From Eledone cirrhosa (taxonomy: Eukaryota): a stretch of 64,000 nt of DNA. Below the pieces are notes generated by a model. That model saw only the letters and a program-made list of their open reading frames with translations. It did not search any database and was not told the DNA's origin. The stretch spans positions 319,734,001 through 319,798,000 of the forward strand of contig OZ024742.1 in the NCBI GenBank assembly GCA_964016885.1, written 5' to 3'. Position numbers and translations under genes: made by a program. Every line of letters begins with the position of its first letter. The stretch's first letter is position 1. Positions 12,282-23,112 of this stretch are shown here, in pieces.

Positions 12282-14590
12282 AATAGAGTCAGGACCCCGA
12301 CAGCTAGATCCGAACAGTTCCGATCTAGCTGATTCAGAGCACTAGACAGATTTCTGGAGTAAATATTCAATGATATTAAATAAATGGAAACTATATTTAT
12401 AAAACCATATTTATTTTATTATATATATTTCAAGGGCACCAAAACACTTTGGTACGCTTTCTTCAGATAAAATACAAAGTTAGTTTTATAAATAGAGACA
12501 TAACCAGGAAAATCATACCTTATCAGTTGAATATTCCTTGGATAGTGGAAATGTATAATGGATTTTTCAAACTTATGGGTGAATATGCAAATGAATATGT
12601 AAATAATTGAAAAACAACCGTTAATTTAAACGACTATGGAGAGTTTAGATATATAATATATAATAGTAAGAGAGAGTAGAAGGAAAAAAAAAAAAAATTT
12701 GAAAATATAAAAAAAATAAAATAACATTTTTTTTTTTTTAAATTAAAAATTAAAATATAAAAAAAAAATTATTAAAAAAATTATTAAAAATTTAAAAATT
12801 TAAAAATTAGAATTATATACGTATATATTATAAGAAAATTTTTAAAAAGTGGAAGTACAGCAAATGTTAGAGATATGATTTAGAGATATCAATATATTAA
12901 AAATAAATTAGATGAGATTGTTATGGAGATTAATAGGAATATTATAAGTATAATTATAAGTTATATATAGTTCTGAGTGTTGAATTCTGGCGATGTCTAC
13001 AAGAATTAAATAAATTCGTTCTGAGATTAATAGAGGTTTTACAGTTAATTATATAAAACATTTCTTCAATACACAATTTACAGAATCTAGATAAAGCTGT
13101 GTTTCGGTACGCGGGTGCTTTCGAAACTGTTTTCCAAGATAATAAATAGGCCATATTCTTGCATTTTAAGTTCCATATCAGGTTTGAAAGAGAAGTTGAA
13201 GATTTTTTTATCAAATCTTCTGAAAGAAAAATTGTGGTTATTCCAGCGAAGTTTAAATTCTGTAGAAGTGGCACCAACATAGTTAAATATATTTTCACTA
13301 GTTTTAACTGTGCATTTGTAGACCACGTTTTTATCTAAACACTTATTTTGTAAAGGACAGTTTGAATTAATTCTACAGTTACATTTTGCGGAGTTATTGT
13401 TATTCGGGACGGTACTATTATGTTGGATATTGCTAGAAATATTATTATTGCTATTTTGGTTATTTTGGTTAGGGTTTAAATTTAAGTTTCTATTATTAAT
13501 TCTATTTATATTTTGTGCTATGTTCATAGTAGTAGAGTAGGATAGTTTTATGGTATGTCTGTTAAAGATTGAGTGGTATCTGTGGGCTTTAGGAAAACAT
13601 GTGTCTAGTGCTTTAAAGAATAGCTTTGCTAAAGGTGTTTTAACGCTTAATGAGAATGGGGATGAATACCAAATAATATTTCTAGTTCTTTTGTTAGTTT
13701 TAGAGTTTAAGTTAAATTGTTTATTATTATTACAATTAATAGTAGGGGGATTTGCCTTATTATTGTTGTCAATGTATTTAATTTTATTTGTATACTCTGC
13801 TCTATTTAAAGCTTCATTATAATATTCAGCCTTATCATCAAAAATGTTTTTATTAGCGGAGATGCGTGAAATCCGTTGTTGGACACTTTTGACAATAGTG
13901 TTCTTAATAGATCTAGGATGACTAGAGTTAAAACTTACATAATTTAGATTCTCATTAATTTTATGGAATGGATAGTAGATTCCTGTGTTAAGGTTTAATG
14001 TTACGTTTAAAAAGTTAACGATTTTATAATTATTCTCTATTTCTAACTTAAGGTTGTAGTTATTGAAGAATTGTATTATGGATTTTCTTTTCTTATTAAT
14101 TTCACAATTACTATGATTTTCAAGTAAAAGCAGCATATCATCACGATATAAACCACCGGTCATCTCTGGTATTTTTCTATGCAGTGTATTATTAATAAAT
14201 AACCCCAAAAGATCCGTTATTTGCGCCGAGTCAGATGATCCCATGGTGATATCAAAATTATTTTTTCTATCGGCTCTTGTCCAGAGATGATTATTGAATT
14301 CAATTAAAGTTTTCCGTGCGGTTAAAATGATATGCATTTCTTCACTAGATAGATCTGTATGTTTAGATACAGATCTAGAGAGATCTGTATGTTTTCACTA
14401 GATAGATCTGTATGTTTTAGAGCCTTATTAAGTAAACTAGGAGTAATAGTAAATTTGCAATATCCATTTGAATGAATTTTTTGTTATGTTTAAATTTTAT
14501 GTTATTGAACCAATCTATAACCTCTTTAGTGCCGTTCCATAGTTTTAGGTATGATTTTTCTTTAAGTTGCGGTATGATTCTATCTAATAT
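12280..14590 (-). mobile_element. Penelope-like element (5'-truncated): RT, Cys-rich linker, GIY-YIG, 3' UTR with hammerhead
   Basis: ORF 13087-14337: MGSSDSAQITDL, GLYRDD, CNCRINSNCPLQNKCL, VVYKC..NYVGATSTEFKLRWNNH; frameshifted C-terminus in 12954-13298 (IWNLK..CKLCIEE); the 3' end abuts (TA)n. Confidence 0.95.
12412..12474 (-). ncRNA. Type I hammerhead ribozyme (PLE-type, palindromic stem III)
   Basis: TATTTTAT-CTGAAGA-AAGCGTACCAAA(GTGT)TTTGGTGCCCTT-GAAA-TATATAT-A|ATAAAATA: 8-bp stem I, 11 of 12 bp stem II, AUA triplet. Confidence 0.85.
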
Positions 14591-14727
14591 ATGTTATATA
14601 TGCGAGTCCTGGGTTCAACCGAGGGTAACCGCAGTAAGTAAGGTACTCAATACATTAGTATAGTGTAAAAATCATGTTTAATATAGAAATGGCTTATAGA
14701 ACTGTTTCATTCAAAATGTAGACATGA

Positions 14728-14777
<50 letters not shown>

Positions 14778-15113
14778 TTCTCTCTCTCTGCCAGGGAATC
14801 ACGAGGCATTTCTAACAACAGAGATACGATAAGAAGTTTACTTCGCATCTAACTAGGTTCGAGTTCATTTCCATAGTGCGGTAAGTTAGGCAAGTTTATT
14901 ATTCTAGCTTCGAGTTAGTCAATGCCTTGTGAATAAAATTTAGTACACGCACACACGCGCACGCACTCACGACGATTCCCTTCCTGCAGAAGCCATTTCT
15001 ATACTAAATGTGTTGTATACACTCTACTAATGTATTGTGTCCCTTACGTACTGTGGTTACCCCCCCCCAATTGAACGTGGGACTCTCTCTCTCTCACTCT
15101 CTCTCACACACAC

Positions 15114-15161
<48 letters not shown>

Positions 15162-15165
<4 letters not shown>

Positions 15166-15382
15166 GAAAGTCCGAACAACTAATAGATAAAATATATACA
15201 GTATTTCTCCTCCCCAATCCATATAAATTAATCACATAAAAAGTCAATTAAACGACGCTATAAGTATATGTTTAAGATGCAATTATGAAGAAATAATAGA
15301 CAAATGATACAGACTATCTTCCGCGATGGGGGAGGAGAAATACTGTATATATTTTATCTATTAATTCTTCGGACTTACAATT
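15162..15382. repeat. 54-bp inverted repeat (15162-15215 / 15329-15382) flanked by TA runs
   Basis: taatagataaaatatatacagtatttctcctcccc vs ggggaggagaaatactgtatatattttatctatta. Confidence 0.9.
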
Positions 15383-15553
15383 TTTATATATAGCTCTGAT
15401 TAATGATTATTTGTTTAATTAATTCTTCATAGAGCCGCACCATGAAAGGTTGCCAAACTCATATATGTATCTGTGACTATGTCTAATTATATATATATAT
15501 ACCCCTTTGAATTTTATATATATATATAGTTATGTAATAAACAACATACGATA

Positions 15554-15620
15554 TTTATTTCATTTACCAGTGGTTTCTTGAAAGCAGATATATCTGTTTT
15601 CAGTCGTCAGAATGAATAAA
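15554..15620 (-). ncRNA. Type I hammerhead ribozyme in a short TA-flanked island
   Basis: TTCATT-CTGACGA-cTGAAAACAGAT(AT)ATCTGCTTTCAa-GAAA-CCACTGG-TA|AATGAA: 6-bp stem I, long stem II, near-palindromic stem III, GUA triplet. Confidence 0.85.
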
Positions 15621-15646
15621 ACATGGTGTTCCGACGGAATTACTTC

Positions 15647-15690
<44 letters not shown>

Positions 15691-15785
15691 ATGTAGATTC
15701 CCGAGCTGTGTCAGGATTAGGGTTAAAAAATGTACTCAATACATTGATAGAGTATAGACATCTTTATTATATATATAGAAATGAC

Positions 15786-15830
15786 TTCTACAGGACTAGA
15801 ACTGTTTCATTCGTATGAAATCATCAGGAC
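15786..15830 (-). ncRNA. Hammerhead fold with weak stem I
   Basis: gtc-CTGATGA-tTTC(ATAC)GAAt-GAAA-CAG(ttctagtc)CTG-TA|gaag; core intact, stem I only 2 bp. Confidence 0.6.
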
Positions 15831-16239
15831 ATTCCTGATGTGTGTGTGTAGCGTCCGTATGTACTTTTACTGTTTGTTTGTGTTCAGTAACTTAGCGGCT
15901 CGACAAAGAGAGATAGATAAAATAAGTACCGGACTTTAAAAAATAAGTATTGAAATTAACATGCATGTGACTGAACATTCCACAAGCACGTGTACCATTA
16001 AAGCAATGCTCAGAAAAATTCAATGTGGCAGAGTGTATAACAAGCCTGGTCATTTCAATTACAGTACACACAATCCAGCGGGCTTCCAAACAGTTTCTAC
16101 CTACCCAATTTCACACACAAAGCTCAAGCCGAGACGAGGTTATGGTAAGTGACGCTCACAACGTCACACAATGGAATTGAACAAAAATACTTTATGATTA
16201 CGAAGCATATTTTTTACCCACTCGGCCATTTTTGCGTGT

Positions 16240-16740
16240 AAAAATACGCCACCTAAATGCCACAAAGACATTTAGTCCGACGCTCCACTGATTCTGCCAA
16301 GCCACCGTCCTATTTTAGCGATCCCGAATTAGAAAGTAGGAATCAAACTCGAATCGTAAATCTAAATACCATAAAGAGATTTAGTCATTCCACTGATTCT
16401 ATCAAACCCGAAGCATAAATTACAAACTTGACCTCGCCGAGATTCGAATGTAAACATTAGTATGAAGGTTATTTAGTCCGACACTTGGCCAGTTGTACTG
16501 ACCCACCATCCTTATTTTATCGACCACGGAAAATAAATTACAAATTTGATCTCAAGATTCAAACTCAGAACACAAAGATGTCTTAACAAGAATATTTAGT
16601 CCGACACTCTGCGGATTGTGTCAACTTACTAATCTGACTTCAATGGAAATCGAACTCAAATCGTGCCGAAAAGCAAATATACAGGGTTGCAAACAAAGAC
16701 ATTTAGACTGACACTCTACCAATTCAGCCAAACAATTTGT
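16240..16740 (-). repeat. Degenerate tandem array of SINE-head-like units (about 90-125 bp period)
   Basis: atttagtc(c)gac.ct..act/gattc recurs at about 16270, 16380, 16471, 16594, 16701, interleaved with aactc(a)gaa B-box-like pieces. Confidence 0.6.
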
Positions 16741-17871
16741 TCTCGACTGTCATCATCTCCACCCTCACAAACGATATTACATTCTCAAAAACATTGTATA
16801 ATATTAGATTTGCCAACAATGACAAACCATACAAGAATGTCGTGTCATTTACTAATGTTCTCCATACAGAACGTTGACACACAAGTACACACACTCTCAC
16901 CCATTCACATGTATGTATATATATTTTTAACGCACACACACACACAGATACACACATATTTATATATATGTATGTATTAATACGTAGGTATTTATTTGTG
17001 TGTTCCTCATACATGTTCGTCATACAAATTTTTGGCGTTTTTTGTAGTGTTGCTTTCGTAGTTTTCTTTACCATATATGGTTATGAAAATATTCAGTTTG
17101 TACGTATGAAAATGACGTGTGTCGCCTGACCAACTAAACAAAAGTTTCAAATTCAGACACAAGGCCAGCAATTTGTGTGTGGGTGGGGAGGGGGGACTAT
17201 ATTGTTAACGACCACAGAAGGATGAAAAGTAAAGTTGACGACGGCGGAATTTTAACCCAGAACATAAAGGGCCGTAACTAAGTATCACAAAACCTTCGAT
17301 ACTCTAACGATTCTTCCAATCCACCACGCTCGACCTGCTAAATAATTCTGTCTTGCATTGGCACAAGACCTGGGAAGGAAAAAATTGATTATAATGACCC
17401 CTGTGTTGGACTTGTATTTTATTTTATCGACCACAGAAGGATAAAAGGTAAAGTTGACCTCGGTGGGATTTGAACTCAGAACGTAGAAAGTCATAACTAG
17501 ATACCGCAAAGCATTTTGCTAGACAACTGATACTGCGGATCAGCCTTCTCGTGAAATTAACGTGTAATTGGCTGAGTATTCCACAGACACGTATACACGT
17601 AATGTAATATCAAGAAGATTCAGCTTGACCCCGTCTGTGACAAGGCTGGCTCTTTGAATTACTGGTACAATGCATTTTTACCAGCTGATTGGACTGGAGC
17701 TACGGGAAGTAAAATGTCTTGCTCAAGGGCACAACGCACTGCTGGGAATCGAACTCACAACCTTGCGATCATCTTAAGCCGAAAATCTTAACCACAAACT
17801 CATGAGTCTTCACCACTCACCATGTCTTTAAAAATAGACATATAATGGAGATTCTATAATATTGTCCAAAG

Positions 17872-18108
17872 CAGAGGTTCTCAAACTTTTGATGCCCCCC
17901 CCCCCCCCCTCAGCCACGTAACACCCTCAACGCTCCCACCCCTATTTCCAGAGAGATCTGCTTACATGCAAATTGTAAAGAATATATAATAAATAAAATC
18001 GTTAATTTATATATAATAAATAATATAATATATACTATTATATCATTTCTACCACCCCCACGCCCCCTTAGACCTCCTTCAAGGGGGGGGGGGCTTTGAG
18101 AATCACTG
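17872..18108. mobile_element. hAT (Charlie-like) MITE, 237 bp
   Basis: TIRs CAGAGGTTCTCAAA / TTTGAGAATCACTG; perfect 8-bp TSD GTCCAAAG (17864-17871, 18109-18116). Confidence 0.9.
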
Positions 18109-18484
18109 GTCCAAAGTATACTGTGTCAGGTAAATCAAAAGAAATCAAAAACTGATGAAAATGTCATGGTGGGAACGCCTTTGTAAATATGTTTGTTTAA
18201 TCACACCTGAGCTGGGTCGAAACAACAATAACAACAGCAGCAGAGCAAAAACAAAAACAACTTATGTAACGACAACCGTGTAGAGGTATTTCATTAGCTC
18301 GTCGTAACATAAATTGTTTTTTATGTTGTTGATCTGGTTGTTGCTGCTGTTGTTGTTACACACATATATACGATATAACTTTATATATGAATATTAAAAT
18401 ACATTTTATCTAAATATGTGTTTGTATTTTGAAAAAAATAGTGGTGGACAGAATTTCAAGCATGGTAAAATCATAACCTCAACA

Positions 18485-18665
18485 TATGTGTGTTACTTGT
18501 AACATAGCCCAGTACAACCTGTCACATGGTCGGGTCATCGGCGACTAAACCGGCAACCCCACCAAGCCTGCTTGGTGAGGAGAATGATTTTGGGATACCC
18601 CGCGGGATGAAAAACAAAACCCGTCAAAGGGCGGAGGAACTATTGAGAGTCAACAGCTATCTAAT
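18485..18665 (+). mobile_element. Structured repeat, probably an RTE-type 5' UTR; second copy at 59975-60155
   Basis: Shared catggtcgggtc.tcggcgactaaaccggcaaccccaccaag....cttggtgaggag. Confidence 0.55.
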
Positions 18666-18699
18666 ACCTGAGGTATGTTGACCAATGGGTTTGTGGCCA

Positions 18700-19980
18700 A
18701 CGTTTGCTAGGAAGCTGTTCCTGAAAGGTTGGGTGGAGGTGGTGAACGTGTACATCACTTCCGTCATCTATTACTGCCTTACCGCCGAGCCTTACCCTAC
18801 TTCGAGTCACTATATTAGAGCGCCTGCTTTTTCACTTCTTGTGGAAGGGACAGGTTCCACTAGTCATATGCTCCATCTGCTGCCAACACCCTTTGCGCGG
18901 AATGCAGGATCACCGTAGCTGGGGATGTGAAAACATGTGCTGATGCAAAGGCAATTGCAGATATTCCTCAACGTTGAATAGGTGTGGTCGCCGTTTGTGA
19001 GGCACGTCTTTCTGCAGCTCGTCTCTTTGACCGAGCTGCAGACTTGGGTCAAACGAAGACCGAGACTGAGCATCTGGCATATAGAATGTTGTCAGGCGCT
19101 CACAGTCAATCGAGAAATGCGATCAGTGGCGTTAGCGTTCTATAAAGGACTAGTGGCGGACGAGCGCGACGACGTTCTCTCTAGGCGTTGACGAGAACGA
19201 ACCAGCCAGTCTGTTCCGGAGGACTTTCGTTCCGGGGCCTATAGATAATTTCCAGAAATCCCTGGCCTGGCAGCGGGGAATACTGCCGTTTCGAGACAAA
19301 CTGTACAGGTACGAAAGCGCTGTCAGACAGAATTGTCCCATATGTGTGCAAAGCCACGAAACCGTTCTGCACGAACTCATCCAGTGTCCGGGCATTGCTG
19401 ACTTGTGGAGTTTTGAAGAACAGCTACTATCACGTGTAGGACGGATCCGGCTATCGCACGACTCCATCTTGAAAATCGCCTCGCTGCCTTCTTTTGGTCA
19501 GGAAGGACATGAAGTTATCCTCTGATTTGTGGCTGTAGCGAAAGAAGTTCTGTTGTGGACGTGTCTGAAAGGGCAAACCTTCATCGACGTTTTCAAGTTG
19601 CACTTGAAAATGAAGGTGGGGGTGGAGAGAGAAGTACTGACCTCCAGTATATTTGTTAAAAAGTGGGTGAATGTAGCGAGGATGGCCGGAATGAAAGGGT
19701 CTACTCTGACCATGCGTATATAGGCTGGAAAGTTTAGAGATGAGAGAGGGACCTTCCTAGGGTGCTCTTGGTGATTAGGATGGTTTCTGATCTGTGAGAT
19801 TTCTAAACTAGTAAAGAGTGACACTCGTTCCTACTGTGGAATTATATTGTTTTAATTTATTGATATTTTGTTACCTGTTTTTCTTTGTTTACACGATTAT
19901 GTAAAACCACACTGTACTAATTTATTTGTAGTGTCCCTTGTTTATCGGCCCTAGTGGTAAATAAATAAAGAATTATTATT
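18700..19980 (+). mobile_element. Tx1/L1-clade LINE 3' fragment, decayed
   Basis: LKGWVEVVNVYITSVIYY, LVSLTELQTWVKRRP, VEREVL..KWVNVARM; AATAAA then (ATT)n at about 19960-19980. Confidence 0.9.
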
Positions 19981-21026
19981 GTTGTTGTTGTTGTTACTGA
20001 TGTTGTTGTTATTTAACTTAGGAGGAAGGAAATGTGCCCGTGATTTTGAGAGGCTCTCTATGACTAGAGGTGGGTGAGTAATACTAGGGTGGCTTACGGT
20101 AGAATGAGAGCTGACATCGCTCCTAATATGGAAACATGAATATTTTTTGTGCTAATAGTAAATGAAATGATTTTGTATTTGCTAAAACCACTTACTCTCT
20201 CCCACCTATCCTCCCTCTCTCTCACACACACATACATACATAGTTTACATATTTTTGCATTTACATCTTTGTTATATGCATGGCTAGTCAAGTTGAGAGC
20301 TTCGGCGCAGTTTCAACTATTTGAATTTTAACGCCAACAGTGTGTTTATCCCTAATGGATGAATTCTATGTGTCTTCTCTTTAGAAGGTCACGTGATTCT
20401 GCCACAGTGTTTGAGATTGCTGTCACTGCCACAGTTAAAGCCTATATTGACTCTAGCAACCTCTCTTAGGAATTCTGAGTGTCAGTTAGAAGATCATTTT
20501 CCTCTAGAAAAGTGATCAGTTTCCTTCTGATGATTCGTTCCATGTCTTTGTTGATATATGAGGTCAGGCAGACTGGTCTGTAGTTTTTAGCATCTGCTCT
20601 GCTTCCTCCTTTAATGACAATACATATTATGCCTTCTTTTAGTTCTCCGGGTAGTTTAACACTTTGGAAGAGGATCTGCAGTGGTTTTGCTAATGTTCGC
20701 TTGCTTGTTTTTAGGAGTATTGCTACGAAACCATCAAGGTCAGCCGCTGAATTTGGTCTCATTTCGTCTATCGCTGATATTACATCTTTCACCTATCTAT
20801 TTGGTTGATGGTTGCCATTTCTATGTGTAATGCAGTTGTGTTGAAGAACCCATGTGGCTTATTTATTTGCATATGACTCATTGGAAGTGTGAACACACTT
20901 TTGTATTGTTCATTCTGGGCCTCACTTATCTCTTGGTGTCTGCTGTCAGTGAACCACTTATATGGAAAAGTGGTCCTATCCCGTAGTGTACCGAGGCGGT
21001 CCCTTTTGCAAATTTAGAGAAAGACT

Positions 21027-23112
21027 TATAGCGAGATTACTGGTTGTATGAATGTAACAAAACGAGACAATGTTTGTGTATATAATATTTAATTAACGGT
21101 AGATAGAATACTTGACATGTCAAAGATAGATGTTAGAATGAAACAAAGTTAGTAGTTACCGTTTTGATTGCCAGGCAAACGCGGCTGGCAGAGGGCGCCT
21201 GGCTAAGGCCAGGCGCCTGTTGGCCAAATTAATGGCAGAGCCAAATGAGAGGCTCTTCGACCTGGTGCCGAAAAGGCAAAGAGAGAGGAAGGAAGCTTAA
21301 CGTTGTTAGTTTTATAGGGCTCTGACCGGAAGTTGCAGAAAGGGTTCCACTTCCCGTCTAGATCCCAATCAAAACAAGGGAGACAACCGCTACATAACCT
21401 CCCGCCAGAATTTTAGTGTATAAAAATCGAAATGAAAATATGTAGCAAGTTGGCGAGAATGTTGTAACAGGCATGAAAATTACGACAAAAGAATGTCTGG
21501 AAAAATCAATGATAGATATCAAGGTAGCCAACCGCTCTTGGCCAGAGAACGACTGGACATCCATCTATCCATCACCCAAAGATACAATGTAATAAAGTAA
21601 AAGTAATAGAAGAGCTCAAAGTTCAAAATATAGTTCACAGGTGTGCAATCACATGACAGCTGGAAAGAAAGTGTGTTCCAGAGAATGAATGCAGGTGGTT
21701 TCTGTTCTGTGGTATATCGTGAAATTTCCAACCTCCGAATGGATTTTCTCACAGGAAGAGTGCTGCAAAAATAAATTCTCTGGCTTTGGTGAAGCTGTGT
21801 TGATGTATTGCTGTTGCTGTTATATTGCTGTTGCTGCTGCTGTTGTCTCGCTGAGTGAGCGTATTCGGTGTTTAAATTCACAGTAAAAAATTTTTTTTTT
21901 AGAAAAAAATGAGTTGCGCAAAGTGCTAGAAATAGCAGCCGAAGTTGATGGTCGATGTTGAGAATGCGTTGACCTGGAAGGGTCAAGAGGCCAGCGACCA
22001 GAGAAATAAGCATTCCCAATAAATGCGCGGTTATCAACGGTAAATTTACATTGTAAATTTATAAACCGGCAAATAGAAGAATATAGCTTAAGGCTGAAGA
22101 ATCCCTGGTGATAAATGGCGTGCGGCTGTCTGTGAGAAGAGACATCTCAGTGAATCGAGAATTTATGCTGCCTACACGTGCCAATACAAGGTTGAAAAAA
22201 AAATATTTCTAACGCGCGAGAAAAAGATAGTGCAATTTTGAAAGTGACAATGATGAAAAAGAAAGGCTTCAATCAGCATAATTATAGGTGTGAACTTTGG
22301 AAAAAAACAAAAAACTTGAACGATGAAGAAAACGAAGAACAAAAGGCAATGGTTCATCGAAAATAAATGTTCCTGTTGAAATGTTTTTTAAAGAATATCA
22401 AATTTCTTTTTTTTTTTGTGTTTTGAAAGAGTTCGTTGTAAGAAACGAGAAACATATATATATATCGTGAAATGTTTTTTTTTTGTTTTGAAAGTGTTCG
22501 TTGTAAGAAACGAGAAACATATATATATATATTGGTGAAATGCGACAGTTAATTGATGCGTGAGAGAAAAAGTATGTCTGTGCGAATTCCACATGTGCGT
22601 GTGTGCGTGTCCTTGAGTATTTTCATAGTTTGTCGCTAAATTTGCTATGTATTCGTAATGTTACTCACAAAACCAGATGTGCTATTTTTTTCTTTTTTCT
22701 TATAGCGATGAACGGCTGCGTGTTCGTATCACGTCAGGGTCACCAATGTAGCGAGATTACTGGTTGTATGAATGTAACAAAACGAGACAATGTTTGTGTA
22801 TATAATATTTAATTAACGGTAGATAGAATACTTGACATGTCAAAGATAGATGTTAGAATGAAACAAAGTTAGTAGTTACCGTTTTGATTGCCAGGCAAAC
22901 GCGGCTGGCAGAGGGCGCCTGGCTAAGGCCAGGCGCCTGTTGGCCAAATTAATGGCAGAGCCAAATGAGAGGCTCTTCGACCTGGTGCCGAAAAGGCAAA
23001 GAGAGAGAGGAAGCTTAAGGTTGTTAGTTTTATAGGGCTCTGACCGGAAGTTGCAGAAAGGGTTCCACTTCCCGTCTAGATCCTAATCAAAACAAGGGAG
23101 ACAACCGCTACA
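21027..23112 (-). mobile_element. Non-autonomous LTR retrotransposon (Gypsy-like cis elements), 2086 bp
   Basis: LTRs 21027-21394 and 22747-23112, nearly identical, termini TGTAGCG...CGCTACA (TA instead of TG at the leftmost end); 4-bp TSD GACT (21023-21026, 23113-23116); tRNA-Trp PBS ending at 22745; PPT-like CTGGCGGGAGGTTA next to the 3' LTR; no gag/pol ORF inside. Confidence 0.93.
22714..22745 (-). promoter_or_regulatory. Extended primer-binding site complementary to the tRNA-Trp(CCA) 3' half
   Basis: Plus strand GGCTGCGTGTTCGTATCACGTCAGGGTCACCA vs metazoan tRNA-Trp 3' end GGCTGCGTGTTCGAATCACGTCGGGGTCA-CCA (recalled, not searched). Confidence 0.85.

Noticed and set aside
16240-16740. CRISPR-like repeat-spacer periodicity
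   Set aside because: The repeats are degenerate, the spacers resemble each other and the SINE, the context is eukaryotic and there are no cas genes.
21519-22037. 172-aa ORF inside the LTR element
   Set aside because: Non-ATG start, low-complexity Q/N run and no recognisable gag, protease or RT motif.
22714-22745. tRNA-Trp gene
   Set aside because: Only the 3' 32 nt are present, CCA is encoded and it abuts an LTR, so it is a PBS and not a gene.
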